In this document: positions 27,801 through 42,800 of the stretch, in pieces
Numbering within the stretch: position 1 is the stretch's first letter
Layout of the letters: every line of letters begins with the position of its first letter
Assembly: GCA_002633005.1 (NCBI GenBank)
Contig: NMRA01000744.1
Coordinates: 92,048-156,047, forward strand
DNA length: 64,000 bases
Direction: 5' to 3'
Origin: Phoronis australis
Taxonomy: Eukaryota; Animalia; Phoronida
Notes under the pieces: generated by a model
Told to the model about the DNA's origin: nothing
The model's database searches: none
The model's input: the letters and a program-made list of their open reading frames with translations, nothing else
Position numbers and translations under genes: made by a program

Positions 27801-30800
27801 ACAGAGATGAAGAACAATGTTCTGTCCTCTACAAGAGGACTTTTGCCAGCCAAGGCGTTTTGTCATGTGACATTTCATAAATCACGTATCACTGTGAATT
27901 TGTTACGCTTTAATTTGTAAATCCATGAACATTTTTGCAGTACAAATATTTAAAGGAACATGTTCTTCTGTCATACTTTCAAAATTATAAGTTATAAACA
28001 GGTTACTAAACTACCAAAATACTATTCATATCATGCAAGAAAACGAATTTTACCCACGAACAACTCAGCCCGATGATTGGCTGTAAAAGAGTGAAATGTT
28101 CAAACAACTCAGCCAGGTGATTGGCTCAAAAGAGTGAAATGTTCAAACAACTCAGCCAGGTGATTGGCTCAAAAGAGTGGGATGTTCAAATAACTCAGCC
28201 AGGTGACTGGCTGTAAAAGAGTGGAATGTTCAAACAACTCAGCCAGGTGATTGGCCGGAAAAGAGTGGAATGTTCAAACAACTCAGCCAGGTGATTGGCC
28301 GGAAAAGAGTGGAATGTTCAAACAACTCAGCCATGTGATTGGCCAGAAAAGAGTGGAATATTCAAATGCCATTAAACCTTGGGATCTAATGTCTGAACTA
28401 AAGCTCCAAATTATTTTTTGATATTATCTGCAGATCTACTAAGTGTGAACTCAAGAAAGTGTCCATGATTGTAGGCTGAAGTGTGGTTTCCCAGGTGAGT
28501 GTTTTGTACAAGTTTGCTCTCGATAACCTCTGGATTCAAGTTATTCGAAATTCCGAGCTCAGACCTCGAATTATGGCTTAGATATCATAAAGTGTAAAGT
28601 AGAATTTAGATATTTGTCTATGTAAACTGTAATACCCTTATTACGTCAAATAAACGAACGAGCGTCTTAAGTTTGAAATGAGTCAATATCTATTGCTTTA
28701 AAACAAGGCGAATGTCTTCATTGTAACAAACTGATATAACATCCAGATGGTGCACTACTACATAAACCACAATTGTACTGGAGTACAGAATGATTAAAAC
28801 TTTGAGTAAGCACCCACCCTCGGCTTCTCAAAAACACAGAATTTTTAGTGCTTATGTTTGGACCGATGCCACCCCACTCACTTTTTAGTTCTCGACTCTA
28901 TGTGCCCTGGCAGTAACCTGGACGAGAATAATACAATAAATATCTACCATCATAGCGCAGTCCATGCACGTACAAAATACATACCATCGAATGGGAAGTA
29001 GGTGAGAAGCCTCTCTGGCTGATAGAACCGTGACATCTTTAGGAAGCTAATCAACTTCCGTCTCACCTCACCGAGTTCCCCGGGTTCTGTCCCCGCCTTT
29101 ACAGGCTCAAGACCCTCAGGCATAGTTTGTGGGTATTCAGGCATGAGTGACTGGGCCTTCTCTCGATACAAGTTGATGAGCCGATTGTGAAAGGCAGGAG
29201 TTTCGTCCTGCCATGTGCAGATTATGTGGTCCTATAGGATAATACTGGAGTTTTAAAGAGACCCTGTCTGCCTTATTGAAGTAATGATTTTAAATTTGTG
29301 ATGACATCCTGGCTGTAAGTTCCGAAATATGAAAGGTAAACTCAATGAGTGTGCCAAAATTTACAAATCATATCGCTAACAGTGCGACTCAATATGGAAG
29401 TCTACTATTCAAAAGATTTGAAAAATCTACGAAAGCAGAAATACAAGCTGGCAAACTTCATGTTCCTGTACGGATAGATTTCGCAACAAATCTGCCACTA
29501 AAAGCAACAACTCAAGAAATTTCAAAATCTTATTGCAATGCAATAAAATGTTTCATACTTAACACAAATAGGTAGAGCCTTATAACTTTACCACACTCCA
29601 TATTTTGTACAAAAAACAATTCGTAAAACATTTAACAACTGAAGACACAAAGATTTTAAGTGTCGAAAACTACAACTTCATGAGACTGGAATATCAAAAA
29701 GAAATGCCGTCACTAACCAAATACATCAGAACCAACTCCTTAGAAGCCTTGGAATGATCGGTGACATTTTCTTGGTCGATTTCCTTAGATATCCGATCCA
29801 AATAGCTCACGACTCTATCTCGAGGTAAACCTTCCACTTCAGGTAAATCCTCAGTGAAAATCTGGGAAAAAGGAAGAGCACGTCATGTGACACGTATAAA
29901 GTCTCCTCATTGGTCGACTTGAAAACTACAGTAATGAAACAGCTGAAGGAAAGATTGCAATGCATCTATAGTTGTGCTAGGTTAAAGCACTTGGAATGTG
30001 ACATCTTTTTCAATTAAGACTTCTCATGGCATTCCTAACAGTTTTTTCTCAGCCCACTGGAAAAGTGCCCACTCTTTAGACAGCTGATCTTGACTTTCAA
30101 GAGCGAAAACATTTAGTCACCAGATGCTAAATCAGCAATCAGTCTTTAAGCACAGGGATATTTGAATTGAAATGTGCGCAGTTTTAAATGTGGTAAAATT
30201 GCACCAATTTCGAACACAATATGGCAGACAAGTGAAATTTTATTTTCCCAGTTTTTCCATAAACAATGTAGCACCAAATTAATGTTTTCCTAAGTTCACA
30301 TTACGTACCATAGCTATCAGCAGACGATATTTAGAAAAAATGGTTATTCAAAACAGTGTTTGAAGACCTTGAAAAATAAAAAGGCATTATGGGAAATTAC
30401 ATTTATCTAAAACTGCTGAAATTTTACTATTTAATACTAATTGCAAAGCCCTTAGTGTGATTGATACAAGATAAAATCTGGGATCGTGATAAAAATAATT
30501 TGTCGCACAAGTTTAAGAGAGTGTTGTCACAAGCACTCAACTCAAAACACGTTTTTCTTCCGTGACACGACTCTTGTCAACGAGCACAAGTCTACTGGTG
30601 CTTAGTTGACTAAGGGTGAGCCTCCACTAAATACTATGCAACAGTTTCCTAAATTATAAACAAGCGGCTGCGTACACATACCCTCATACCATCTTCAGGA
30701 TTTGCTTTCAACACCCAACTGGCAAACTGGAAAATGAGGTCCAAGTGTTCTGAACCTGAGGAAATGATTAAGACAAGACATTAATAGCCAAAACAGAAGT

Positions 30801-33800
30801 GTTCCATGCCTCTTCAGGTACAAAATATTGATTACCACCATGTGGCGTTTCACGACACACAAGTTGAAACAGTACCGACAGAAAGCCAGTTAATCTGGGG
30901 CACAATACTAGACCCTTGAGTCAGGTCTCTAGCTCCTTAGTTCAGGTTTAATCACATATTCATAAAACATAGAAACACTTTCAGGAGATCAGTGCAATGG
31001 GCTCACCTGTGCACGTCCGTTACAACGTGTACCAAACTGCCTGCAATTAATGTTTATTAGTTAACCTGGGGTCCTTTACATCCACATTGATCTTATGTGA
31101 ATGTCGTAGCTTAGATTCAGACTAGCATTAGAATTGGTTTGTATTTTTGCCTTGACCAGTTCTTGTTGTACAACCTCCCACAAATTTTACAAGGTCTATC
31201 AATAGTTAAACTACATGGGGAGCCTGTTTCATGAATACTTACTTGAGCCTTATAAGTAAACGTTAAGACAACAATCTGTATTTTTGAAAATAATTAATTG
31301 TCAGTTGAGCACAAATGCAAACTCTGAGAATATACACATAACTGCAAGTTAGATAATTTCTATCAATTATTTCTAGAAAGTGATGCACTCACGATTACTC
31401 GGCTAATTTTTTTCAGCAATTGTGAAGTGGGAGCCTAATACCAAATTATTACGTCTTAAGTCTGAAATCACGTGAAACAGATCTGAGGTGTTATAAAGCT
31501 TATTTGAGTTTCAAATTGTGAAGCATGGCGGCATTAGTGGAAATGGGGCATTGATTTTGATCAAAGGTCTATATGGTCTTATACTAAGAACATCCATTTG
31601 AATCCTGTGACTACAAAACCAAGCATTTAATATATGTTCGTGCAATCATGATTTCCTTTCAAACCAAGGCATTTTGCAGTGCCAAATGTGTGCTTTTAGC
31701 CATCTTTGTCCTACATGGCTGGATACTGTGCCAAGACTGAATCAGAATTCCTGTACGTGATATCCCAAATCAAAAGAAGTGCAACCCGCTGTAATTAGGA
31801 AAATGAATAATTGGCAATTCAAATGCCAAAAACTGTTAGCACTGTAAATACAATAACTTTTGTTCAACACCTTAATTATCATTATGTTTGCTCTTACAGT
31901 ATGCTGAAAATGAAAAATATTGCACAGTGCATTCAAACTGAAGCTCAAGAACTAGAACCGTTTTTGTAGAACTCGGCGAATTTTACACGTGCCTCTCTGA
32001 AATAGGTAGTGATGCGTACCTCACGTCCGGGTAACTTTTTGGTTGTACCCAACAACTGGCAAGCTGACAAGAGCTAATAAAACATAGTATAGTAAACAAT
32101 AACAGTCTATATTGCTCATATATCATTCACTCAGTCAACAGCAGAGCTTTGCTGCCTTGAATCTACGGTAGTTTGCTGTGTTTGAGTATATTCATTGTTT
32201 ATTCAGTTAGTTTAGTGTTTGACACTGTTGAGAGCTCATTGGTTTATTGTCTTGGTAATGCTTCAGTGAAACTTTGAAAACGAAAATCTATGTAGTTGCG
32301 CTGAATTTTAAATTTCAATCTATATTGCATGTAAGAGACAACTTTCAATGACATGTCGTCAGCACATTTTGATAGTTCTAATTTATTGCACAGACAATTT
32401 CATGCTACATCTGTAAAAAGACCAAGGGTGGAAAGTGGCATGCTTCAAGATAAGCCGTGTCACGTAAGGTTAAATCCTTGTGAATTAGGTGAGATCATGC
32501 AAGTATTCATTTGGGGTATGATTCATGAAGAGTGGCTCAAGACTTAAGTCAGAAATTTGGTCTTACGCTCCACATAACTATTTCTGAAAATAATTAAATC
32601 TCACTCACAAGCAAAAGTGCAAAGTCTCTCGGAATATACACAAAACTGTTTATTAACCGAGATAATTTTCGTAACTTATTTCTACTGTGATGCGCTCATT
32701 ATTACTTCGCTAAACCATTATTCAACAATTGTGAAATGGGAGCAGTGTAAGACCAAATTTTCGTCTTAAGTGTTGGGTCACTTTACATGAAACAGACCCC
32801 CAATATTGTCATGCATCAAAGCAAAGCACGTGATCTCTTTAGCTATCACGTGCCAGTGCCTTGCATTTCAAAACAGGCCCCTCCCATTTGATCAAGGTAT
32901 TAAGCTGGTTCCCCATAGGTGAATTGCAAAAATGTCTCCCATTGGTTAGTTTCTGCTTCTTACTGCAAAAAGTGGTGGATGTTCCTGAATGTGAACTTAC
33001 TTCCTTCATTAAACTGGTCCGCTACTGTTGAAAATTATTAATAGAAATTTCACATTTCTCTTACAAGAACCTCTCACATCATCAGACATACAGTGCAAAC
33101 CAAAACTGTTGAGACAAAATGACCCAGAATTCCCTGTCCTGATGGCTGAGCAGAAGCCCAATTTATCATCAGAATAGTCTTCCCTAATGACTGAGAATGA
33201 AGGAGAATTGACAGGACAGTAATGAGGCTACACCATTATGTAATACTTTTACCAGTAATTTGTGCTGTTAACAGAATTATCTGTCATGTCAAATGGTATT
33301 TTGTCTCATTACTTTTGTCTTGCGCTGTACTACACCATGTTTGCTTATGTTTAAAAACTACAGATCTGCCAGCCAATAGGCTTAACGAATTGAAAATAAC
33401 TAGATAAGGCCAAAAAAGAAAACATAATTGGTTCTGGTCTGCAAACGGGCTCATTTTGAAGCCTGTGACTCAAAGTTCCACCATCTTCAGCCAGCAGTAA
33501 ATGAGCAAGATTTTTCTTTTTGCAAATACAGCTGTTTTCGACTGAAAAATATTGTATCACTGCATCAATTCTCAAAAAAAAACAAAAAAAAAATAATCAT
33601 TCAATTTTCTTAGGCCAAATCAGAAACACTGCCAGCTCAGTCAAAACTACCATTGACAGTGTCCAGCAAGCCCGACTTCTTAAACTCTGAATACTTGTAA
33701 CAGGAAGACAAGGCAGACCTTGGCTACCCATTAACACTCAACCTACCCAAATGCTGCAAGTAAATAACTGTCCTCTCTGTTCCCTTCATGGGAGAACTTT

Positions 33801-36800
33801 GCATTTGCGAAAGACGAAGCAGTAGATCTAAAGCTACAAAATAAAAACAAGAAATTGACTGCCAGCCAAAGGACGAGTGACAACCAAGATGAAATTACTA
33901 AATGAATGTAACTTAAGACACCTTGAAAATGACTGCAGCCTGTCTTACTTCAACAGTCGTTGGAGACGTGTTCGGCCACAAATTATAAAGTTTACTTAAA
34001 ATGGTGAATTGGAACAGTGGAATTTAGGAAACAGCAAAACAAAAATTTTGTAACAGCAAATTTAAAGCACTAAAACATTAAAAAAGGAACGTCAGAAAGA
34101 ATCATTTTTGCACAAAATAGTTCATCAGCTTTGTAGAATGTCTGTAATTAATGTTAACTAAATGCAAGCAGACGGCATGTTCCCACTAGACATTTTCAAC
34201 CAGTCTATACAATCTGACGTCTGCTGCAGAAACTTACAGCAACATCCTGGTGATAAACACAGCAGCATGGAGCCGTAACATTCATACATCTACATATAAT
34301 GGAGTGTTCACCGCACATGCTCCAGTCTCCTATTATGGTTACAGGACCATAGTCCATGACAGATTGTGAGACACAATGGAGAGAAAATCCTCAGTTCATC
34401 AATCGTGACACTAATTGAAGCAGCCTTGATCACACTTTCCGTCAACAAACTAACTTTTGATATAGACCACCTACCATTATACAACTGATTTCAACTTATT
34501 CAGATTCGAGGGAATTCTGGGTATTACAAGGAACTGACAGTTCATTGTTGCATGACACTTGGCTTAATAGGTTGGCTCAACACAATGGGTCGTTTTAGAT
34601 ACCAAATGCACTGAGAAAGGTCCTCACACTGTCAATCTTCCTAGAAATCACTTTTAATATGAATAACTGCAACTCTTCTTCTATTTGGCACACAATGTGG
34701 CAGACAATTTGAATTTTATTTCTTCAAGTTTCTGAACAAAAATAAATATTTAGTTAATTCTAGTCTGTTGTTAGCTTGGTTTATAATGTGCAGATATCAT
34801 ACAACATTTTGATACAGTTTCCAATATGCGCGGCAAAGTAATCAGCCTTAACATAACAAAAAACAACAATTTCGGCAACAATTTGTATGCAAAATTAACG
34901 AAAAATTACCGTAAAAAACTAGTTGAGACAACTGATCTAAAACATTACTTGACAGAAGGCTAAACCTGTACCACCTTCAACTCATACCTCTCTTGTGAAG
35001 CCCTTTCTTCTCGAACAGTATGATCAATTCATTGTGTTTCTGATTCTTCTTCAGTACATGCACGCTTTCTTCGACGTGACACTGGTTGTCCTTCAGTCTT
35101 AGTAATGAGGCCACCAGGGCATCATTTGTCTGAGTGAAAAACAACAACACAGAATTCAACACTGTGACTTACTTGAAGCCTTCTTGAATGGATTTCCCTT
35201 ATCTTAGGCATATATATTGAGTTGCCCATAGTCTTAGCAATAACTTTGCAACACAAGAAAATATGACTTTATCACTCAAAAACAGGCTTGTGAAATAGAA
35301 ATTGAAGCATTTTCGTGCCATTTTGCATTACCGCGAAAACACAGAACTCCGAACGAAAATAGAGAATTGTTGTATCGACAATGGGTCTGAATACAACACT
35401 GTATAAGTATTCTCGCCATGATGTAGACAAAGGATTGTTAGTAAGCCCAGTAATTATTCATTACATTGCACAATCGGTGAGCTCAAAACATAAATGCACT
35501 GACATCCTGTAATGCTGGGATATCCTTCAGGCCACGTAGTACATGTTATATTTGTATCCCACTGAACGTTTGAACTACGTACATCGAATGGATAAAACCA
35601 CCACATAATTAAGTTTTCAATTTTAAACTCGCTTGGAGCGCATCTATGAGGTTTAATGCTAATTGCACACATTCACATGAACAGAAAGTGACTGCATCAC
35701 ACTTCTAGCAACTACCCCACACTGAAGACAAACAAGGTGGCCCATTTACTTGCACTAACAAATTTGTTCAAATAAACAAACAAAAGTGACTTTGTAAAAT
35801 TTTACGCCAGTGCCACACCATCTGTGAACCATACAGAATAACATAGCCAGGCACTTCCTAAAACAGAATTACAACTTTTGATCCAATGTAATTTACGTTG
35901 AACCAAGACGCCAAAATCTGCAAGACTACCCCAGTAGAGTGACGTCAAAAATGGGTGTTGTGAGTTTTGGGGTCATTTGGTGCACTTAACAGGTCAATGG
36001 GTACATTTTTTTTGCTAATATCAAGACATCGTGTACACAACTCCATGAAAAGAAACAAGTGTATCATCCTCAATGTTAGGCACTTTGAATTCCTTTTCAC
36101 TAAGGTTCAAAATGCATCAGGTGTCAACAGGTGCAAAAGCCACCTGGTACTATTACCTTTTAAAGGCAGTACAGGAGTGAAGAGCACTGCAGCAGTTTAC
36201 AGATACCGATCCAATATGAATTACCTGTTATGCGATCAAAGGTTAATGGGTGCTAACCTTAATCTTGCATTTTTTTCAAAATCACACACTGACTGATATA
36301 CACAAAGGCAGGTCTATCCCAACTTTTGCGGTCACTTACTCCAGATATTTGGTCATTTTATAAAACAATGAACAATCAACGTACTGCTGGCACATTTTTA
36401 AGTGATCTATACGTCTATACAGGCATATCACTAAATCACCATTACCGCCATTAGTAAAGCATGTCTTATTTCAATTAGTTTATGTGGAGAAGTCAGCCAC
36501 ACCCATTTCAGCCAGTATAATACAATACACTCAAGCCCAAGAAAAATCCAGACCAGTAGTTCTCCTCTCTTTTTAGCAGCCCCACCTGTAGGTAACACTT
36601 GAGCAGAGTGGTGTCTATGATCATGTGAAGTTGATTCTTTGACTTTATAGTCATGCTTCCAGCTACAATAGCTGATGACACAACCTCGGTGCTCATGTCT
36701 TTCAAAAGATCATTACGTTTCTGTAAGAGAAGAGTTCACGCATCACAATTTTTTTCGAAAAACTATGTAACAATACGTACGAGATGCTACTTCCAGACAA

Positions 36801-39800
36801 ACACGACTGACTTTTCCTGCGTAGCTTAGGTGAAACTTAAAATCTAAAAAGCCCGTGCTGTGACATCGCCAGCTTAATAATAGTGACAGCTTGTATGCGC
36901 ATATTCAGGACTACATAACCATAACTGAATAAAAAGACTTTTTAAAAGATTATTACAACTTTGCTTAGTAATGTTTCATACGTAAACCCACGAGCCTAAG
37001 CTTCACTAGGTTGCAAGCAAGGAGTCTTGAGTAATTTGGAAAGTTCTCCGAAAATAGGAAAAAATAAAAAATAGACACCCTGCTCTTGTGCATTTCATAA
37101 ACTGCATATTTTTGCTTTTAACAATGTTTTGTACTTTTCAATTTAACATAATCGCCACGTATAAACCATGGCCTATTTCAAAATCACATTTCACTTCCAT
37201 CACGGGCACATACTCTTCCAAAGCAACATCACTGCGTATCCTTCGTTTAAAATGCTTGAAATTCCCGACAACCACAATGCCTTAGAGAGTTTAACTAACT
37301 CGCTGTGACAAACAACTTGTAGGACATAATCTGAAGCAATAATGACCAGTCAGAAATCATTTCTAATTCGTCTCGGGAACAATAGAGACCGATTTTATAA
37401 CACGGCAAAAGGTCTCAATTAAAACTTGTTTTTTCACGGAACGAAATGATTCACTTTATCAATAAATTAAAACTATGTTAATATATAATATACTGTAAAA
37501 GAAAAAATGGTCATGAAATGGTTTCCATGGTTTTTGATAGTCAACTAATGCGCTTGCTCACCTGCGTGAGATATTCAAGTAGAGCCAATAAGCCTTTTTC
37601 TAACTCTACACCCTCCAATTCTGGTGGTTTGTCAGGATAGATTAGCTTGTCTCTGAACTCAGTGGGTAGCAGACCAGAATAGAGGCCTATCACTTGAGCT
37701 GGATCTGAAAAATAGGATGTTCTACATTTTAACAGTATTCCTTACAGTTTATAGTCTGTTGATTTATCATTAAAAGCAAGAGTGCGCATGCACCAATCTA
37801 CAACCTCATATTTAGTGACCTTTACATAGACACACGCAAGTAATTTAATGGAGAATCTTGATTTGTCTTTGTTTGCTTTTCTCAATATCTGAAATGAGGC
37901 ACGTTCACTCTTTTAGCCTCCATGACTGTACTGTGTCTGGAGTGGAGAACACTGGTGGTAGTTCTAGTGCGTTCAAACAAATCAGATTTTGTAGGACTCC
38001 ACGGGAAAGTGCCGCCTCTACTATTGAAAATTACACGGCACACCACCCTACCTGTCCCCAACTTGGCGAATAACTGCAGCGATTCTTCGAACCTGTATTG
38101 CTGGAACAACTCGAATGCGTACAGGTTCTGTATCGTGTGTAGACGTGCCTCCTTTTCAGACTCTGGCTCATCCGTAATTTTCTAGGGAGGGATTTCAAAG
38201 AAGGTAATGAAGTGCAAGGTACATGGGTAGAATATGGTAAAATAACAATGCTAACAAGAGCAATGTGGAGCTTTGAAATGCGTCCACGAATGCACCACAA
38301 ACAGTGTGCTTCTAGGGTTGTTTATTGGTATCATAAAAATGGCCACTGGATACCGCAAAATACGTTGAATCCATTCGAACTAGGGAACATGTCATGATTT
38401 TTTTAATAAAAAGCTATTTAAGAAATTTCATAAAAATCTGCCAGCGAAATAAAGGAAAATAGAAAAAAAATGAAATTGCCACTGGGGGCACAGCATTTGC
38501 CTTATCCGTCTGAAAGTAGTCGCCTACTTATTAAATATAATAAAGATTTTGCAGTGGGTTTAGGAGATACAACTTTGGGCGCAAAACAAAACAAAACTTC
38601 CATTAGGAGGTGCCAAAGTAATCGAAGTCGTCATCATCAACTGTCCTTTTCACACTGAGAACATATATGCCAATTTTCAAAACCATCCTTAGAATGATTT
38701 GGTTGATATAGGGGCGGAAGCCAAAAAACATACTTGAAAACAGCAAAAATGGTCACTAGGTGGCCCAAAACACCTCGAATCTGACCGGAAACTATAGGAT
38801 ACCGTCATCTCACCAATAGATGCCTATATTCCAAATTTTATGACAAACCGTTGAGGACCTTTGAAGATACAGAGGTAAACGTAAAAAACTAAAATTGCCA
38901 CTAAGGGGCACACAGGTAGTCAGATCTATCCGAAAGTTTGCTCATGCCATCCAATCCATGAAAGAAACACATGTCCAAGATTTCATAAACATACATCAAG
39001 GGTTTTGGAGATAGAGCAGCGGACGCCAGAGAGACAGACGGACAGAGGGATGTGGATGACAGGAGAATGTGTCCATATATAAATGTGTGGGTGCATAAAA
39101 ATTGAGAACCAACATCACTCAGTCACTGGTTTGGCCTTACAACTGGAAAGTGAGGGAGTGTGGTGAAATGTTCCATTAAATTGGTGCCAAGATCTCATAA
39201 TGACAGATAGCAATTTATGCTCAATCTTTGAAGTAGAATTATTAGTATGCGAAATGCTTCCACACGGTAAATGTTAATCAGGTTGGGACAGTGAAAATAA
39301 ATTATTTTGCTCAAGTTTGGAGCTTGTGTCAAATTTCATTTAAGGGCAATATTGACTGTCTCAAATCCAAGGATTAAGGTCCAATTCAATGATGATGTTG
39401 CATCGACAGCTATTTTTTGATGACTGATTGTTGACACAAAATACAGTGTCTATTATTTGAGAGATAAGCAGCAAAACTGGCTTTGTTCCAACCTTCAAAA
39501 TCAAGATTCAATTTCTGTTTGAATTTCAGTGTCTCAAACGTTAAAGACTTTCATAAACTGGGGAATTTTCACTGTAATATCACTTCTCATGAATAATCAA
39601 ATAGAGATAGATTATGAAACACATTGAGGGAAAAGGTTCACCGAGAACTTACCCAAAACAGTTAAAATACAATTCCACGACAAGGAATTCAATAGATGAA
39701 CTTACAGCTAGTAAAAGAGCCAGTTCAAACTCTTTGCTCTGTAGTAGTTGTCGTATTTGAGTTGTGATTGGTATGGGAAGTAATCTCCAGACATGATTGG

Positions 39801-42800
39801 TCGAAGCCACATAGACATGACCAGACCTACAATAACATAAAAACACATATAAGAAAACATGAACGCATTAAAAAAGTTGAATTCTAATTTGTCATTATGG
39901 CACCAATTAGACAAGTCTTCTTCAAGCAGAAAATTTACTAAAAATTCAAAGTATTGAGAGATTGTCCTGATGTAAAGAATGGTCTTCTGTTCCACTTAAA
40001 ACATCATTTACTGAATATAGTTAGTTTTGAGCAGACTTAAGCTGATAGTCTTCTTTCTCTGACAAAAACAAACGCAAACCTAATGCAACATTTACAACAT
40101 ATCATAAGAGCCATTGAACATTTCAAAATAGCGTTTTGAAGGTAAACCTTATCGTGATGTCACCGAAACAAAATCAGATGGTGAAAAAATTAGTGTCTGT
40201 GTCAGTTGTGAGAAATCTGCCGCCAAATTACTCCTGACCAATAAAATCATTTTGATAATCTTTCAAATGTGAGAAATTTACTCCTAAATGCCAAAACTTT
40301 AGGTTGTTAGCAAGCAGATCAATACTTGCTATCACTTTACAAAGAAGTACATACAACTTACCCTTGGCACATAATTTGGGGTTTAGGTAGCTCTAGACTC
40401 TGTATAAGAGTACGTGGTTCTATTGTTCGAACTTCAATGTACTTAGGCAACACAGCTATCAAGTACGGTGGCTGGTGCTCTGAAAATCCCAAGTTCATAT
40501 AAGTACCCTATAAGGGCTAAAATGCATAATTGGTTAGGGTTCATCCTTTTGATATTCTCATAGCACTTGCAGGAACTATGAACACGAGATCTAGAAAAGA
40601 ACCAGTAATTTGCCATGTTATCAAGAGCACTGACACACCAACACGCAGCACAGATAATCCTTCAGAGGGAGTACGATCAACAAATGGCATCTTTTCAGGT
40701 CGATAGGTTACTACGCTTTAGGATGCAGAAATAAGACAGCTATGCCAATGTCGCTTGGATTTGAAACACATTGGTTGGGAGTCAACACGAAACAGTGTTT
40801 CTGAAATTAAAGTTTCATTGCTAAGTTTTGCAGTGTTTGCTCAATTGGTAAATTGAGTTTTCTTTATCATCACCAGTTCCACTCATTGGTGGCTTGGCAA
40901 GCGGCTAGCGTGAACCTAAAAACATGTCATGATTGAAAAACATTTTGATTTTAGTCAAACTTTGCTCCTACCTGTCACCACAAGATCATTAAAATACGCT
41001 TTTTAAATTAACACTGTCAGCAATTTTTCCAAAATCCTTCCACGAAATTAAAGCTGGGTATACTACTGCTTTTGTCTGCGAGAAGTACTTGACTGCAAAC
41101 ATTCTCAAACATTTCTGCATCTAACTATCTTTCCAAGTTGATTGAGTGTTACCTATACAGACAGGAATGTCCGACCATATTAGGGCATGCTTTTTTGTTG
41201 GGTTTCCCTCGTGGTTGATAAATATTGAACTGTGATCTCGTCCCAGAACCAACTGGTTATTGGACAATTTGGTTACAAGTGGTTCTAGTTGGCGGCCAGT
41301 CGGAAACAGGTCTTTGGATGTCCCATCACCAACCTATGAAAAAACAAAAAAGAACGGTGCTAGTTCAACACAGTTTAGGCCAAGCAAAACTTTGGTAATC
41401 ATGAAGAACTCTAGGCTGGCTGTGGCACCACTGTTATAAAGGAAGTTGGATGCCGTGATGATGTCACCGGTGTAGATCCATCAATAGAGACTGTTAAGGT
41501 TTTGGGTTGAAATGTGTCAACGAAACTGGACGTTATCTGATGACATCAGACTCGAACTAGATAACACATAACGTAGAGTTAACACAGACCCCAGAAACAC
41601 CTGTCGAAAAAAAGGGCAACTAGACGACATACGACATAGAAGCTCGACAATTAGTGAAGCAGACATCTTTGTAAGTACATACATGGGTTGCAATACATTG
41701 AATTAGCGCACAAAAAATATTTCTTTATAAGTACCATGCGAACATACAAGCTCTAGTGACAGGTTGTGAACAATTACATAATAAATTCTCTCCTTGAACA
41801 GCTCTAAAGCCACAATCTCCTTAAAGTGGGAGGCCCTACTACAGCTTTGCTACTAAGCAACCTACCTTAATCAGGAAGTATTCTCGCTTGAAGCCAATGC
41901 ACAACGAATCCTTGCACCAGGCCATAGAACGAGGCAGATCGGGGACGCTGAGATCAGTCTGGAAGACAATGATCGCAGATTGAGATTCATTTCCATACAT
42001 AAGATAGCCCTTTTGCATGTAATGCGTTGTTACACCCAGGCAACTCCAACTATATTTTCCAACCTTCCACAACAGTTACACATTTCCATTGTGTGCCAAA
42101 AACCTATTTATACAACAGGGCATATGTAGATCAGCTCAGGATCAGGAGTCAGCCACCTAAAATCTCTTAGTTTGCTTTATCTCAAATTATTCCACAATTT
42201 AGATTTCACTTGGTTACACACGGCACTAAATGTTGGTAGAATGATCACTGGATAGTAAATTGTGAGTAACGTATAACTTTTTGAATCTGTAGACGTTTTC
42301 CGATTAAGCAATGACATATTGAAATAAACAATCTCGCTACATGGCGATAGATTACTTGGTTGACATTCAGCGCCACCTAGAGTTCACATCTGATGTGAAT
42401 GGGGATGTGAAGGTGTTGCCTGGATACTTTAGTATTTTCAAAATTCTTTGCGACCACCACGCCATCAAATTACTTCTCTAGTACAGTGAGGTGTTCAAAT
42501 GGTCCCCGAAAAGATAGCGATGTTAAATATTTAGGGCTGAAAGAAACAGCATTTCATTTTTGTCAAATTGTACGATCTTCTGTACCAGAATTAGGGAATA
42601 AAACGAGAGTCACTTTCGCCAAGTTTAACTGGTTAAAGGTCACTTTTATAAAATCGGTCTCGCAATATTCCTCACTGTAAAAAGATTCTGTTTCCGTTAC
42701 CAACAAGAACTACGAAAATATCAGCAACTCAAGACAAGAGCAACGCGGAGCGTTGAAATGCGCCCACGAATGTATCGCAAATGCTTTTCGGGTTATTTAT

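Noticed and set aside
28061-28366. CRISPR-like array of palindromic 44-bp repeats
   Set aside because: Units are contiguous with no unique spacers, there are no cas genes, and it lies in a spliceosomal intron.
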